Shown here: positions 39,701-50,200 of the stretch, one piece after another
Numbering within the stretch: position 1 is the stretch's first letter
How the letters are laid out: each line of letters starts with the position of its first letter
Assembly: GCA_048013815.1 (NCBI GenBank)
Contig: CM106585.1
Coordinates: 8,060,001-8,124,000, forward strand
DNA length: 64,000 nt
Direction: 5' to 3'
DNA from: Setoptus koraiensis
Taxonomy: Eukaryota > Animalia > Arthropoda
Made by a program: the position numbers and the translations under genes
Notes under the pieces: model-generated
Database searches by the model: none
The model's input: only the letters and a program-made list of their open reading frames with translations
What the model was told of the DNA's origin: nothing

Positions 39701-40063
39701 GGTTTTATTGTGCGATTGAAGCCAATCGACGAGTTCATCCAGCCAGTCAATTTCGTTTTCACTGAAACAGCTCGCCTATCCGATAGTTGCCGATCGAAAG
39801 AGATCGAATCGAAAGAAAACAATTCAAACGAAAATCAAAATGCCCCCCATCAAACTGGCCCGTTCGATTGAACCTGTTGCCGAGTGATTCCAAACAATTT
39901 AATTATCCACCTAAAAGCCGAAGGCTCAGTGAAACAGTCACTTGACAAGTCGTTGCTGTAAAGCAAATCAATTGTTTCACTCCGTCGCATCACCAACATT
40001 GAACAGTAAGTTTAAAGCAGTTATTTTCAGGTGATCTCACTTTCGAGAACAAAAAGCTCAAAG

Positions 40064-43023
40064 ATGGGACTCGACATTGTTGATATATTGCTCATTTTCT
40101 GGACATTGGTGGCATCAGGCACTTTTGTGCTGGGCAATGCCTATGAGAATTATTTAAATCAACAGAAACTTTTGAAAAAGAAAAACAATCAATTGAAAGG
40201 CGCTCCAGACAACCTAAGAAATCATCAATACGGACAATCCAATTATGACCAGTCTAAAAGCTACAATGACTATCAATCGTCTACAACAAAAACGGCAACA
40301 ACCAATGAATTTTATCATCAGCAACACAAATCGAACAATTACTCAGATAATAATAATCAGAGTTATCAGCCAAGCGATGCCAACAAATTCAGAGACAATA
40401 TATATGCAAATGATGGTTCGAAAGGCGATTATCATGGATCGGGAACAATAACTTATCGTCGAGCTCAGGAACCAGACAGCTCGATACCAACTGCAACGGG
40501 ATTTAATAATGACTGCGTGGAATGGATCAACAAAATCCTGTATCTGTTCTACAGCTCAGACCAAAACTCTAAATACATACAGATTATATCTGAGAGTTTA
40601 TGTAGATCACTAAATGAAAAATTGTCCAATTTACAGAGTTCGCAACAGTTGTCTTCTTTGGTGTCCAACATCAGTGATGGCCAAAATAAGAATTGTAGCA
40701 ATTTCAAGCTGGCATTTCGCGATGTTGTTCGCGAGGCCAGCTCGAAACCTGAACTGACCAACGTGAGAACAGAAACAGAATCTAACAGAAGTGTAAGCAC
40801 TATCTGTAAGATATACAACCGTCGTCTGGTACTGGATCTGACTGTGACAATTGTACACCGGCAGAACCGTCAGCAATTGAATTCTAAAAGTAACATAATC
40901 AATGAAACTAGCCGGGCCTCACTATACGATGGCTATGATCCCCTCTATCACGGTCAGGCCTATCAAGATCACCAGGCTCAACAGCAACAAAATGAACAGC
41001 AAGAGACACTGTTGTACGAATTATATTTGGAAAATCTCGAGGGAAAATTGAAAAGCGTGTCGATATTGCAAGATAAATTGGTGATAGTCCAATTTATGGA
41101 GAGACCCGACACAAAGATAACGCTCAAACCAAAATACGATTCTTACCAGACAATGAAACAGCAGGCTACCTTAAATGAGGATGCCATTATTAATTTAGTG
41201 ATGCAAACATTCACTCAAGTTGTTGTTGATTTGTATTTTGGTGACGATCCCGATTTTCCGCGTTTTAACATGTCGGCACACAAGCCGCCCCATAGTGGCA
41301 ATAGCACTCTGAGAAGTGGCCAATTGATGCAACAGGCATCAATTGATTCGGGCGGCCAGCAACAGACACGAAAGCAGATAAAGCAAGACTTTTTCAGTGT
41401 TCTCACCAACAAACACAATAAACACCATTCGGCGGAACAAAAAGAGAAAAAGATATTCATCAAGGTGAATAAGGCGATCAATATTAATTACAACAACAAC
41501 GTCTATTGTCTAATTGAGGTGGACGAGCCATCGCAACGCTTCCACACTGCCATTAAACAGGGCAGCGAACCTGTTTGGGACGAGCATTTTATATTTAATC
41601 TGAATGATAAATCAAATGAAATGCTTTTCGAACTGTGGGACGGTGTTCCTGCCTTGAAAAAGAAAGATCACGATCGCAAGAGGGACAAATTCTTGGGTAT
41701 GGCCATTGTTAGCATGGATGAATTGCAAAAGAATCCCGTTCAGAAACAATTGTTAGAGTTACAATCTCGTCCGATGGAATCAGATAATATCGCCGGTCAG
41801 TTGTATGTTGAATTTTTGTTTATGGAACATTCATCTTCCACAAGTCGACAAGTTGCCTCACAATTTCAAAAAGGCGACGTTGTGTCAATAGACAGAAAAG
41901 TAACACCATCCGGTTACGTGATAACCACCACTACAATAACTAAACCCAATCCAGCGGCTAACACAAGTGACGACAAACAACAACAATTAGGCCGACAACA
42001 GGTAATTATCATGAGATCTGATTGATTGAAATCGAGCGAAAGACAATAATCATATTATATGAATACACGAGCATATATTAACTGTTCTCATTCTGTATCC
42101 TCTTGTCCCACAATCAGCTAAGCCCTAATGACCCCGAGAGAACCTCGTCGAGAGCACCATCTTCTATCAGCACCACACCAAGTGATCTGGAAATGGCCAA
42201 TCATTATATGGATGATCAATCGTCTGATATGGAGATAAGTGTACCGATTCACAATAGCCAGACAGCAAGAAGATCGCGCCCAACTCAGAGGTCAAACTCT
42301 ATTTTGCGTGCCATCAAAAAAAGATTTAGCTTTTCTAAGACACGCTCTAAATCGGTGGAGCAACGTTTCGGAAATGACTCGAGAACCGGCGCTCAAACTG
42401 GTACTTCGTCCGCATCGGTTAGTAGGGCCTCGTCTATTAATTCTCACACCGACAGAGCTAGATCGGTGCCAGCTTTTGCTAGAGATCAACAACAAAATCT
42501 GCCCTCAATTGTTATTAATCCTGGCAGAGGATCATCACTTGACGATGCCACCAGCGATTATACCTATACTCATCCTAATAGTCAGCTTATCATTGAAAAT
42601 GATTCAGATGGTGTGTTGCGTCATTATTTAATTCCGCCCAATCTAGCAAACAAGAAGAGCAAATGGGGCAAGAAGGGTACGAAGATTCATCTTTACAATG
42701 AGCATCAATTTATCGCCACCCATTTATCTAGTCCCACTAGTTGCCATTTATGTGGTAGAGTATTTTCTCGTAGGCCAGGCAAACAGGGTTATGTTTGCAG
42801 AAATTGTCAAGCTATATCACACAAACAATGTCATGTTAAAATAGATCATCAATGTCCGTTTGCAACTAGAAATACCATGATACTAGAATATATGCCCACT
42901 AATAGTAGTCGTTCTAGCAGCAAGAGCCGCAAAAATAACAAAACCAATAATGATAACGAAAGAAAAGATTCGCTGACACCTGATAATAGACAGGCATTGC
43001 GAAGAGAAAGTAGGGACTTTTGA
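40064..43023 (+). CDS. C2CD2/TMEM24-like membrane-contact protein (TM, SMP-like region, C2, C-terminal C1 zinc finger); join(40064..42001,42118..43023)
   Basis: N-terminal TM (IVDILLIFWTLVASGTFVLG), CVEWINKIL (SMP start), C2 (YCLIEVDEPSQRFHT..PVWDEHFIF..LFELWD..DKFLGMAIV) and C1 (HQFIATH..CHLC..KQGYVCRNC..HKQC..C). 116-nt phase-0 intron. Confidence 0.8.
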
Positions 43024-44124
43024 AGATGATGACCTTCAAATACATTGAATGTTGTTTAGGTGTATATTAATCAATTAATAAATTCACAAGGACAATTATG
43101 CAATATGTAAACATGTGTAAATCTATGCACTGGTGAAAAGTTCCAGGTGAAAAACGCGTGCCTACGATAAGTTTGTATAGGAAGTAGAAATTCAGCCAGA
43201 GAAAAATGAGCGGCCTTTTCAGCTGCAAGCACAATTGTATAAAGTTGGGAGCATACTGCTTGTATTTCGTTTTAATTGGCCTGCCCCGGATCTTAATCAT
43301 TTCACAATGTTTATGTGCAATATTAGTAATGAGTCTATCCGGACAACGGGGCGAGTTGCCATAGTCAAGTATGAATATCATCTGCAATCTAGTTACGGAG
43401 TGATACATATGCATGATTAGTTAGATTAAGGTTATACTAGCCATTTGTTAGCGCAAAACACTATACCTGAACTGGCAAATTGTTTGACTTTGACTGCAAT
43501 TGTTGCACAGGGGCCCCAAAAAAGATGGGTCTCAGACAGTGCATCATTGGAAAGGTCATCGTCAATCAATAGTTAGACAGCTTCTAACGGCTGTAACAAG
43601 GTAGCATAAGCACTGAATTAGAATTGCCCACTACTATTCGAGTTACAGACAATTCCCGGAAACGGTGCCATATGGAGACGAAGACGCCATAGACAAATAA
43701 ACGAGTTTGAACTTTTGCGCTCTAGCTCACCAAAATAATAATAATTAGGATAATAATAATAAAATTAATAATAATGAGGATAGATCCCAAAAGGCTGTTC
43801 GGCATAACGTGACCATTGCATCGTTGCATCGTTTTTCGTCAGATGTCTCTGTATGCCTGATTGCATAAGCCATGATGCTGTGCCATGTGCGCTTTTGCCG
43901 AATGCAGCCCGCTCAAAAGTCAGTACAATGAAAATCCGCCAGGGGCGCCTGTGCTGGACTCACACACCTGATTACTAATACTGATTTTGCTGTTGCTGTT
44001 GCCACTGATGCACGTGGTCCGATTATAATTTTTATTTTTCTACTAGTAAACACTGTGATTATTATTATTGTTGCCATTATTAGATTGTAGATTAATAGAT
44101 TATCCATCGAATTAAGGCAACGGC

Positions 44125-44805
44125 ATGGACCCCGCAGCGGATCCCAAAGACACAGAGGAGCCAGAGGAGGGGGAGGAGGAGGAAGAAGAGGAAGAGTTTG
44201 AGAGCCTGAGAGAGGTTTATGATAAATTGCTAGAGTTCACATCCAACGAGGCAGAAGTGAAATATCTCTTGCCCTATCAGCCGGCCGTTGTGGACATTAT
44301 GATGGATCAAATTTTGCACATGAACACAGCCATTGAGAATGCTGTTGCTTGGCATCCGTTTTCAATTGAGCAACACAAATTGGAGCTGGAACGTCTGCAT
44401 TATGTAGTCAACAACTACCTCAGGACTAGATTGAAAAAGATTGAAACAAATGCCCCCCATTTAATACAACTGCTCAGAACCAATAGGCCAAGAGCGGACA
44501 AGTACCTTTCACCTTTAGAGGCAAAGTATCTAGACAGATACAACGATAGCATCGATACCTATATGAACGATAAAGTTCTCGCAGATATGCCAGAAAACAT
44601 GCAAAGCTTCAGGCTGGCGGACATGGTGTCAAAACAAAACGAAGATGCCAAATACAACTATGCCTTTGTGTTGGCCAAAACTGAGTCTCGTTTACTCGAT
44701 GGAGAATCAGAGGTTATATTAGAACCTGATGTGTGCCGTATATTAACATTGTCAACTGTTTTGCGTATCCTGGAAAAAAATTCTAGGCAATTTCACTTGA
44801 TTTAG
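44125..44805 (+). CDS. GINS4: DNA replication complex GINS subunit 4 (Sld5)
   Basis: EVKYLLPYQ, LELERLHYVVNNYLRTRLKKIE, YLSPLE and C-terminal FHLI are typical of Sld5. Confidence 0.88.
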   Translation: MDPAADPKDTEEPEEGEEEEEEEEFESLREVYDKLLEFTSNEAEVKYLLPYQPAVVDIMMDQILHMNTAIENAVAWHPFSIEQHKLELERLHYVVNNYLRTRLKKIETNAPHLIQLLRTNRPRADKYLSPLEAKYLDRYNDSIDTYMNDKVLADMPENMQSFRLADMVSKQNEDAKYNYAFVLAKTESRLLDGESEVILEPDVCRILTLSTVLRILEKNSRQFHLI

Positions 44806-44870
44806 AATTTATTCTATCAACTACAAATACATATTTTTATACACATACATGCATACGTACATCTATCTAT

Positions 44871-46433
44871 CTATCTACTGTCTATTACTCTACTATTGTC
44901 TAGGAAAATTAATTTCACGCTAAGCAGCATGAGACTACAAAAAGCTAGCTGTGCAGCAAATAAACCAGCGAAGAATACCAATCTAGCTCGTTGTTCATCA
45001 TATATATCGCTGCAATCGATAGGTATGATTAGCCACGTGCCAAACCAAGATAGTCCAGATATGCATACGTAGGTCAAGTTTAAATAGGAATACAATAAAT
45101 AGAATAATGTAAATAATGAATAGCAGATAATATACTTGTAAGATTGTTTGTTGCTACTGGGCCAATCACATAGTATCTCTAAGTAGCCAACAGTGATATC
45201 TTGTTGGCAACCGTTGTCTAGAATTTCTGTTGATCCTATTCGTGAATGATGATCATTATAGTTATTGTTAGTTGGTAAGCTGAGATATCTCTTGGTGGTT
45301 TGTTTGTTGTTGACATTGACTATGCTAATGAGAGAAACAATTAGCGCGATATTAATTATCACTAGTAGATTTGCCTCTGTTAATGTTATTTCCAAGCTGA
45401 AAATGGTCTCATATTCAAAAATCACAAGTAGAGTACCATTGACAGATATTAGCCATAACTCATATAATCTGTATAGAAGATCACGTTTATACCTAACGTG
45501 TGGTAAGTTGAAATGATTTGCCTCGGAATTTCGTTGGTAGCTTTTTTATTAAAAAGGGTAGAAAGATAAAATTTTCACTGTTACAAACTAGAATGTGTAC
45601 TGAATATGATGATATCAATGAAGGATGGCATATGGACCATTTTGAGCACATTTTCTCACTCTATGTTTAGTAGACTGAAAAGTGTTGTGGACAACATTTT
45701 CGTCTATTTTTTTGACACAATATTTGATTCTCTTTATAAGAGAATCAATGGAATTTGGTCTATTGCGACCTGACCAAACCATCCGATCGAGATAGACCCA
45801 AAAATCTTCAATAGGCCTTGCCTGAGGAAGATTTGTGGGGTTCCTCTCGAGCGGCACAACATTGATGTTGTTGTCACGATAAAACTCTTGTGTTAAACGA
45901 GAGTAGTGTGACTTGGCTTTATCAGGCCAAAAATAATAATTGCCATCTGAATGGTGTTCTTCTATAAATTTGACTAATCTTTTCAAACATTGGTTGATAT
46001 AAATCTCCGAATTGACCGCATTTTTTCCTCGATGAATGTACACCTCCGAGATTCCTTTTGGAGAGCCGGCCAACCATATCATCATTTTCGGGGTGAACTT
46101 CTCACTCTCTCTGTATTTGACGGCATCGGGAATCTCGGCAGAGTTGCTGGTGTGATAATGTTGATGAGTTTTATGTGAAGCACACACAAAAAAACAAAAG
46201 CGAATCATTTCAACTTACCACACGTTAGTATCCAGGTATCTAGTTCTCGAGGCCGTTGTGGCCAGACTATGCAAATACTTGATTAGAAATACTATTATAG
46301 GTGGATTAAATAGTACACTGGCAGCCACCAAGTAACTTATTGATTGACTAGCAAAATAGCAGGTGACTGGCATCAATATAATAACAAAAAGCCTGGCCAG
46401 CGTTAGACTAGCGGTTTTACATGCATTGTCCAT
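44871..46433 (-). CDS. Orphan multi-pass membrane protein split by a transposon-derived intron; join complement(46219..46433,44871..45492), 278 aa
   Basis: Exon 1 (215 nt, ATG 46433) ends TG|GTAAGT inside the right TIR. Exon 2 (622 nt) starts after TTAG at the end of the left TIR. The join gives TGG TAT AAA CGT and an open frame to TAG at 44871. Both halves are TM-rich. Confidence 0.65.
45493..46228 (-). mobile_element. Internally deleted IS630-Tc1-mariner DNA transposon, DD37E type, 736 bp
   Basis: Perfect 26-bp TIRs CTAACGTGTGGTAAGTTGAAATGATT (45493-45518 and 46203-46228). TA flanks the right end (46229-30), and TA lies at 45490-91, one base off the left end. Internal transposase remnant present. 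Confidence 0.92.
45615..46208 (-). pseudogene. N-terminally truncated DD37E transposase (197-codon open frame)
   Basis: KF.PKMMIWLAGSPKG, YFWPDKAKSHY and NPTNLPQARPIEDFW, with exactly 37 residues between WPD Asp and PIE Glu. The HTH DNA-binding region and the first catalytic Asp are missing. Confidence 0.88.
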
Positions 46434-46531
46434 CCTGCGAGCTATATATAAATATGCTAGAAATATAGCAAAAACATGGTGATAATAATACTGGTGTTGA
46501 TAGTTAATTAGTAGTGTAATGCATCGCTTTA

Positions 46532-46581
46532 ATGTAGTAGTTAATGAGATTCCGGTATGTAGTAGTAAATGAGATTCCGGT
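46532..46581. repeat. 25-bp tandem duplication
   Basis: ATGTAGTAGTTAATGAGATTCCGGT followed by ATGTAGTAGTAAATGAGATTCCGGT (1 mismatch). Confidence 0.9.
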
Positions 46582-46739
46582 GGTAAGAGTTACATGTAAT
46601 AAATATGATATGTACGACCATAATAAATACCATAATAAATAAATAAATAATAATAATAACAATAAAAACGAACACACTGCTACAGCTGGAATTTTGTCAG
46701 CGCTATTTGGCAATAGTGCGAAAGCGTGTCGTCGGAACG

Positions 46740-47220
46740 GGTTTGTATCATTTCAACGACAGACCAGGTTCAACGGCGGCTGCGTTCAACGACAAATCTA
46801 AACAACGACAAAGGTACGATTCGACGAAAATCATTTCACCGAAAAACATTTCAACGAGAATCCGAACACAGAAAAATTGGAACATCGACAATAGACCACC
46901 GTGTGGGAGTCTGCCAAGTTCTTTGGGCGTAGTTCCAGAAAAAGACGCAAGGGGCACTCGCATTAGGCAAAAAGTACATTGAGGAGACTGGGGTGTCTCG
47001 ATGAATGTTGCGATTTTTCTTCTTTTTTTTTCTTGTTGATTTATTTTTCGATTGCTCATTCGATCTCGGTATACCAGCAATGCTGTGCCCGTGAACGAGC
47101 CGGGTAAAGGCTCAAGTCGACGGCAGAACAGTCGTTGAAGTGAGCTCTCGTCGAGAAGCATTTCGTTGTTATGAATCTGTCGATGAAGGGAGTGTCGTTG
47201 GAATGAAGTTTCGGTGTCGC
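46740..47220. mobile_element. MITE-like element with inverted arrays of subterminal repeats (TTCAACGAC-like)
   Basis: About 7 degenerate TTCAACGAC copies at 14-19-bp spacing (46751-46858) and about 7 inverted GTCGTTGAA-like copies (47116-47218). Exact termini and TSD not resolved. Confidence 0.5.
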
Positions 47221-50200
47221 TACGTTGGTAGTTTGGACTCTAAACGCGCCGGAACAGCGCCTTTCTGCAACAATGCGAATGGCCATCATGGCTGCAGGAT
47301 GTCAGGCATCACGTTACATGTAGAAACATCGTATATCAGTATTAAATATTTGTCGCAATTAACCATCGTATTGACGAGTGAAAAGACATGACAGAAAGAG
47401 ATGTATTCATAATTATATTAACAGGCGGTTCATTAGGAAGTCAACATAGCGTGAAGGGTCCTCTTGTGAACCAAATCATTTCATCTGACAATTGTGAGAG
47501 TGTAAATGTCAGAGATGGAGCGAGAACGGGACATAGAGTAAAAGGATACGGACATTTTGTTACTCTCGCTTATCTCGATGCATCTTTTGAAGAGATATGG
47601 ACATTTTGATGGACTGACTAACTTTTATGATTTATACCGTCATAAACTTGTCAGCCGAGTCCTAAATCATGACTTGTATTTATTTGTTTATTCATTTATA
47701 TTTATCTGTTTGGACACACGATTTATCTGTTTGAATGTGTGTGTTTTATGTCAACGTGTCAACGTCAACCAGTTGACAGACTTCAAGATTTGTGAATGAT
47801 AATAAGCGAGAGACAAGACATGAGGAAATGATGAGCTACACAAACTTATCCACCGAACAAGACAAAACAGTGACAGGGGTCGTGTAATCCATGAGAACAT
47901 GTGTATCAAGCAGCGTAGAGTGTGTTTTAGAAACGAGAAATGATATACTGAGACTGAGGCATGAGGGTATCTTGCCGTTCGCTCGCCAGATAGCGCGGAT
48001 AGAGCAAGTTAGATTTAGACAATCACGACGAATCATCACTGACTTTTGAACTGATTAAAAACAAGACAGAATATGTTATGTTAACCCTTTTCACACTGCA
48101 TATAGGTTGATTGGATTGTTGCTTAGTTGCATAACGCAGTCATTACAGTTAAAGAACGTCTAAGTTGCGCCACTACGACAATAATAAATGACTGGCCAAC
48201 TAACGAGAAGAAGAAGAAAGTTAAAATTGAATCTAACTGTAAATGTTAGTTGGCCAATGTGACCTCATAAATTAGCGGCGCCTATAAAGATGCGTTGCAT
48301 TTGATTCATCATCACATTGGACATTTATTACACTGTTTATAGTTATTGGATGATGTTATGAGTATCACTTATTTGCTTTATTATTTGAGCTATTATTGAT
48401 ATGTTATGTAATGTGCGCATTGCGAATGACCCCATATAACGAGGTGCTCGATGGGATATGTGTGGCATGGTGTGGCCAGCCGGTCAGCAAGCCAGTTTAT
48501 TAGGATGATTATTGCCCATTTTATATATACCACCGCATAGGCTGACAGCGGCAAATAACGGTTGGCAACAATGCCAACGGAGAGAGAACCGTTAGTATAG
48601 GAGCAAATATTGTGTAGAAATCAGCGTTCAATCAATGTCTCGCCAGTGCATAACAATGAACAGATGTTATTTACAACATGTACATGCTCACCTGTACATT
48701 GTTAGCTAGTATAGTCGAAAATATCATAGACACACCAACAGGGTATATACACCATATTACAGCATATTGCAGTATATTGCAGTTTGTTAGTCGAACGTAC
48801 AAATGTACTAATGTCCATGTGATCGACCTCCTTTGCATACAATCTACAGTTGTTGTTGTTTGCCATCCATCATTTTGCGTTTACAACTTCAACTGTCGGC
48901 CGGCCGGCCAGACAGACAGCTTGTCGGTGGGCCAGCGAACCACAGCCAGACAGCTCACGGTGACGATTGGCAAGCTAATGCCAGTTGCAATCCATGTGTT
49001 GTTAATAGGATAGACACGTAGGCAAACATGGCAAATACACATTATATAATATGTGTGTGTGAGAATGTCATAAATGATCATAGAAGAAATCATTCGCGTA
49101 TTTATAAACACTACCTGTAGTAGTGTACTGTTGGCTCGCTGCGAAGCTTCCCCATGGCCGCTGTTGGCTGTTTAGGGCGCGCGATTGTTTATTCATTTTA
49201 TGACAGAATAGGACAGGTTGTATTTGATGAGATCGTAGCATATTGTGTCACTCTCACTCAGCCATTCGAGCGTTCGATTGTTTGATCGGCTCACGTTTGT
49301 ACAGCTTGTGGGCGATGCGATGGCCAACAGCGCAAAACATTGGCAGAGAGCCATTTGAATATGGAGTAGAAAGGTTCTTTTGCTATTATTCAACTTTTGC
49401 TATTATTTCATGTTGCCGTTGCCTTGGTGTCCATAAGCTACCAGAGTTGTTGTTGTTGTTACCGTAAAAGGCGTCAACATTGTACGTTGCTTAGTGAAGA
49501 GGGCGACAGAGAGGGATGGGGTTATAATTAGAAAGTTGGTCCGTCCAATTGATGATTGTGTTGCCGTGTTGGGACGAAACGAACAGCGAGTTGCTCTCGC
49601 AAATCCAACATCCTTTCACTGGCCCGTTGCAACTTGCAAGCGAGCAGTGAACAATCCCCGCGAACAACCAGCCCGACGGGACACACCGGAGTTCGGTGTG
49701 GACTGAACAGGAAAGAATAAACACGAGAGGCATCAAGAGAGAGAGAGAGAGAGAGAGAGCCATTAGAGGCAACAGCCAGACCAAGCTAGATTGGCCGGCC
49801 GGCAAACACACAAAGTTACATACACAGAAGTACATGTGAGATTAGAGGAGCATATCATTTTTATGGTCCTGCTTGAATGATAGCGAAAAGGATTGGTCAA
49901 GCGAATTGTTTCGTGATGCCTGAACAACAACAAGCAAACAGAAATAGCCGCTATTGTTTTGAATCACCAACAGCTGATCGTTATTCGTCAGAGCATCGAT
50001 CAATCTTACTGTAAATCCACTATGAATTCTCCACATTCTCCCAACATTGGCTTGTTGTTGGCCGCTGTTGCCGTGTGCCCCCCTCGCACCATGTGTATGA
50101 TTGATGCTGCACTTGTTTGTTTTGTTTCCTCTAGCGAGTCGGAGAACGCGCGTTGCGTCCGAGCTGCCCCATTATGTTTTACCTGAGCTCTTATGTATTA

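Noticed and set aside
46504-46713. 69-aa hydrophobic ORF upstream of the transposon-split gene, considered as an extra coding exon
   Set aside because: It has no ATG (TTG start, in-frame TGA upstream at 46753-55), and its hydrophobicity comes from ATT/TTA simple repeats and the 25-bp duplication.
47050-47080. TTCGATCTCGGTATACCA resembling a tRNA T-loop and CCA end
   Set aside because: No T-stem, acceptor stem or D/anticodon arms can be formed.
46751-47218. Periodic short repeats considered as a CRISPR-like array
   Set aside because: Units are about 9 bp, degenerate, inverted between the two ends and separated by only a few bases. The context is eukaryotic with no cas genes.
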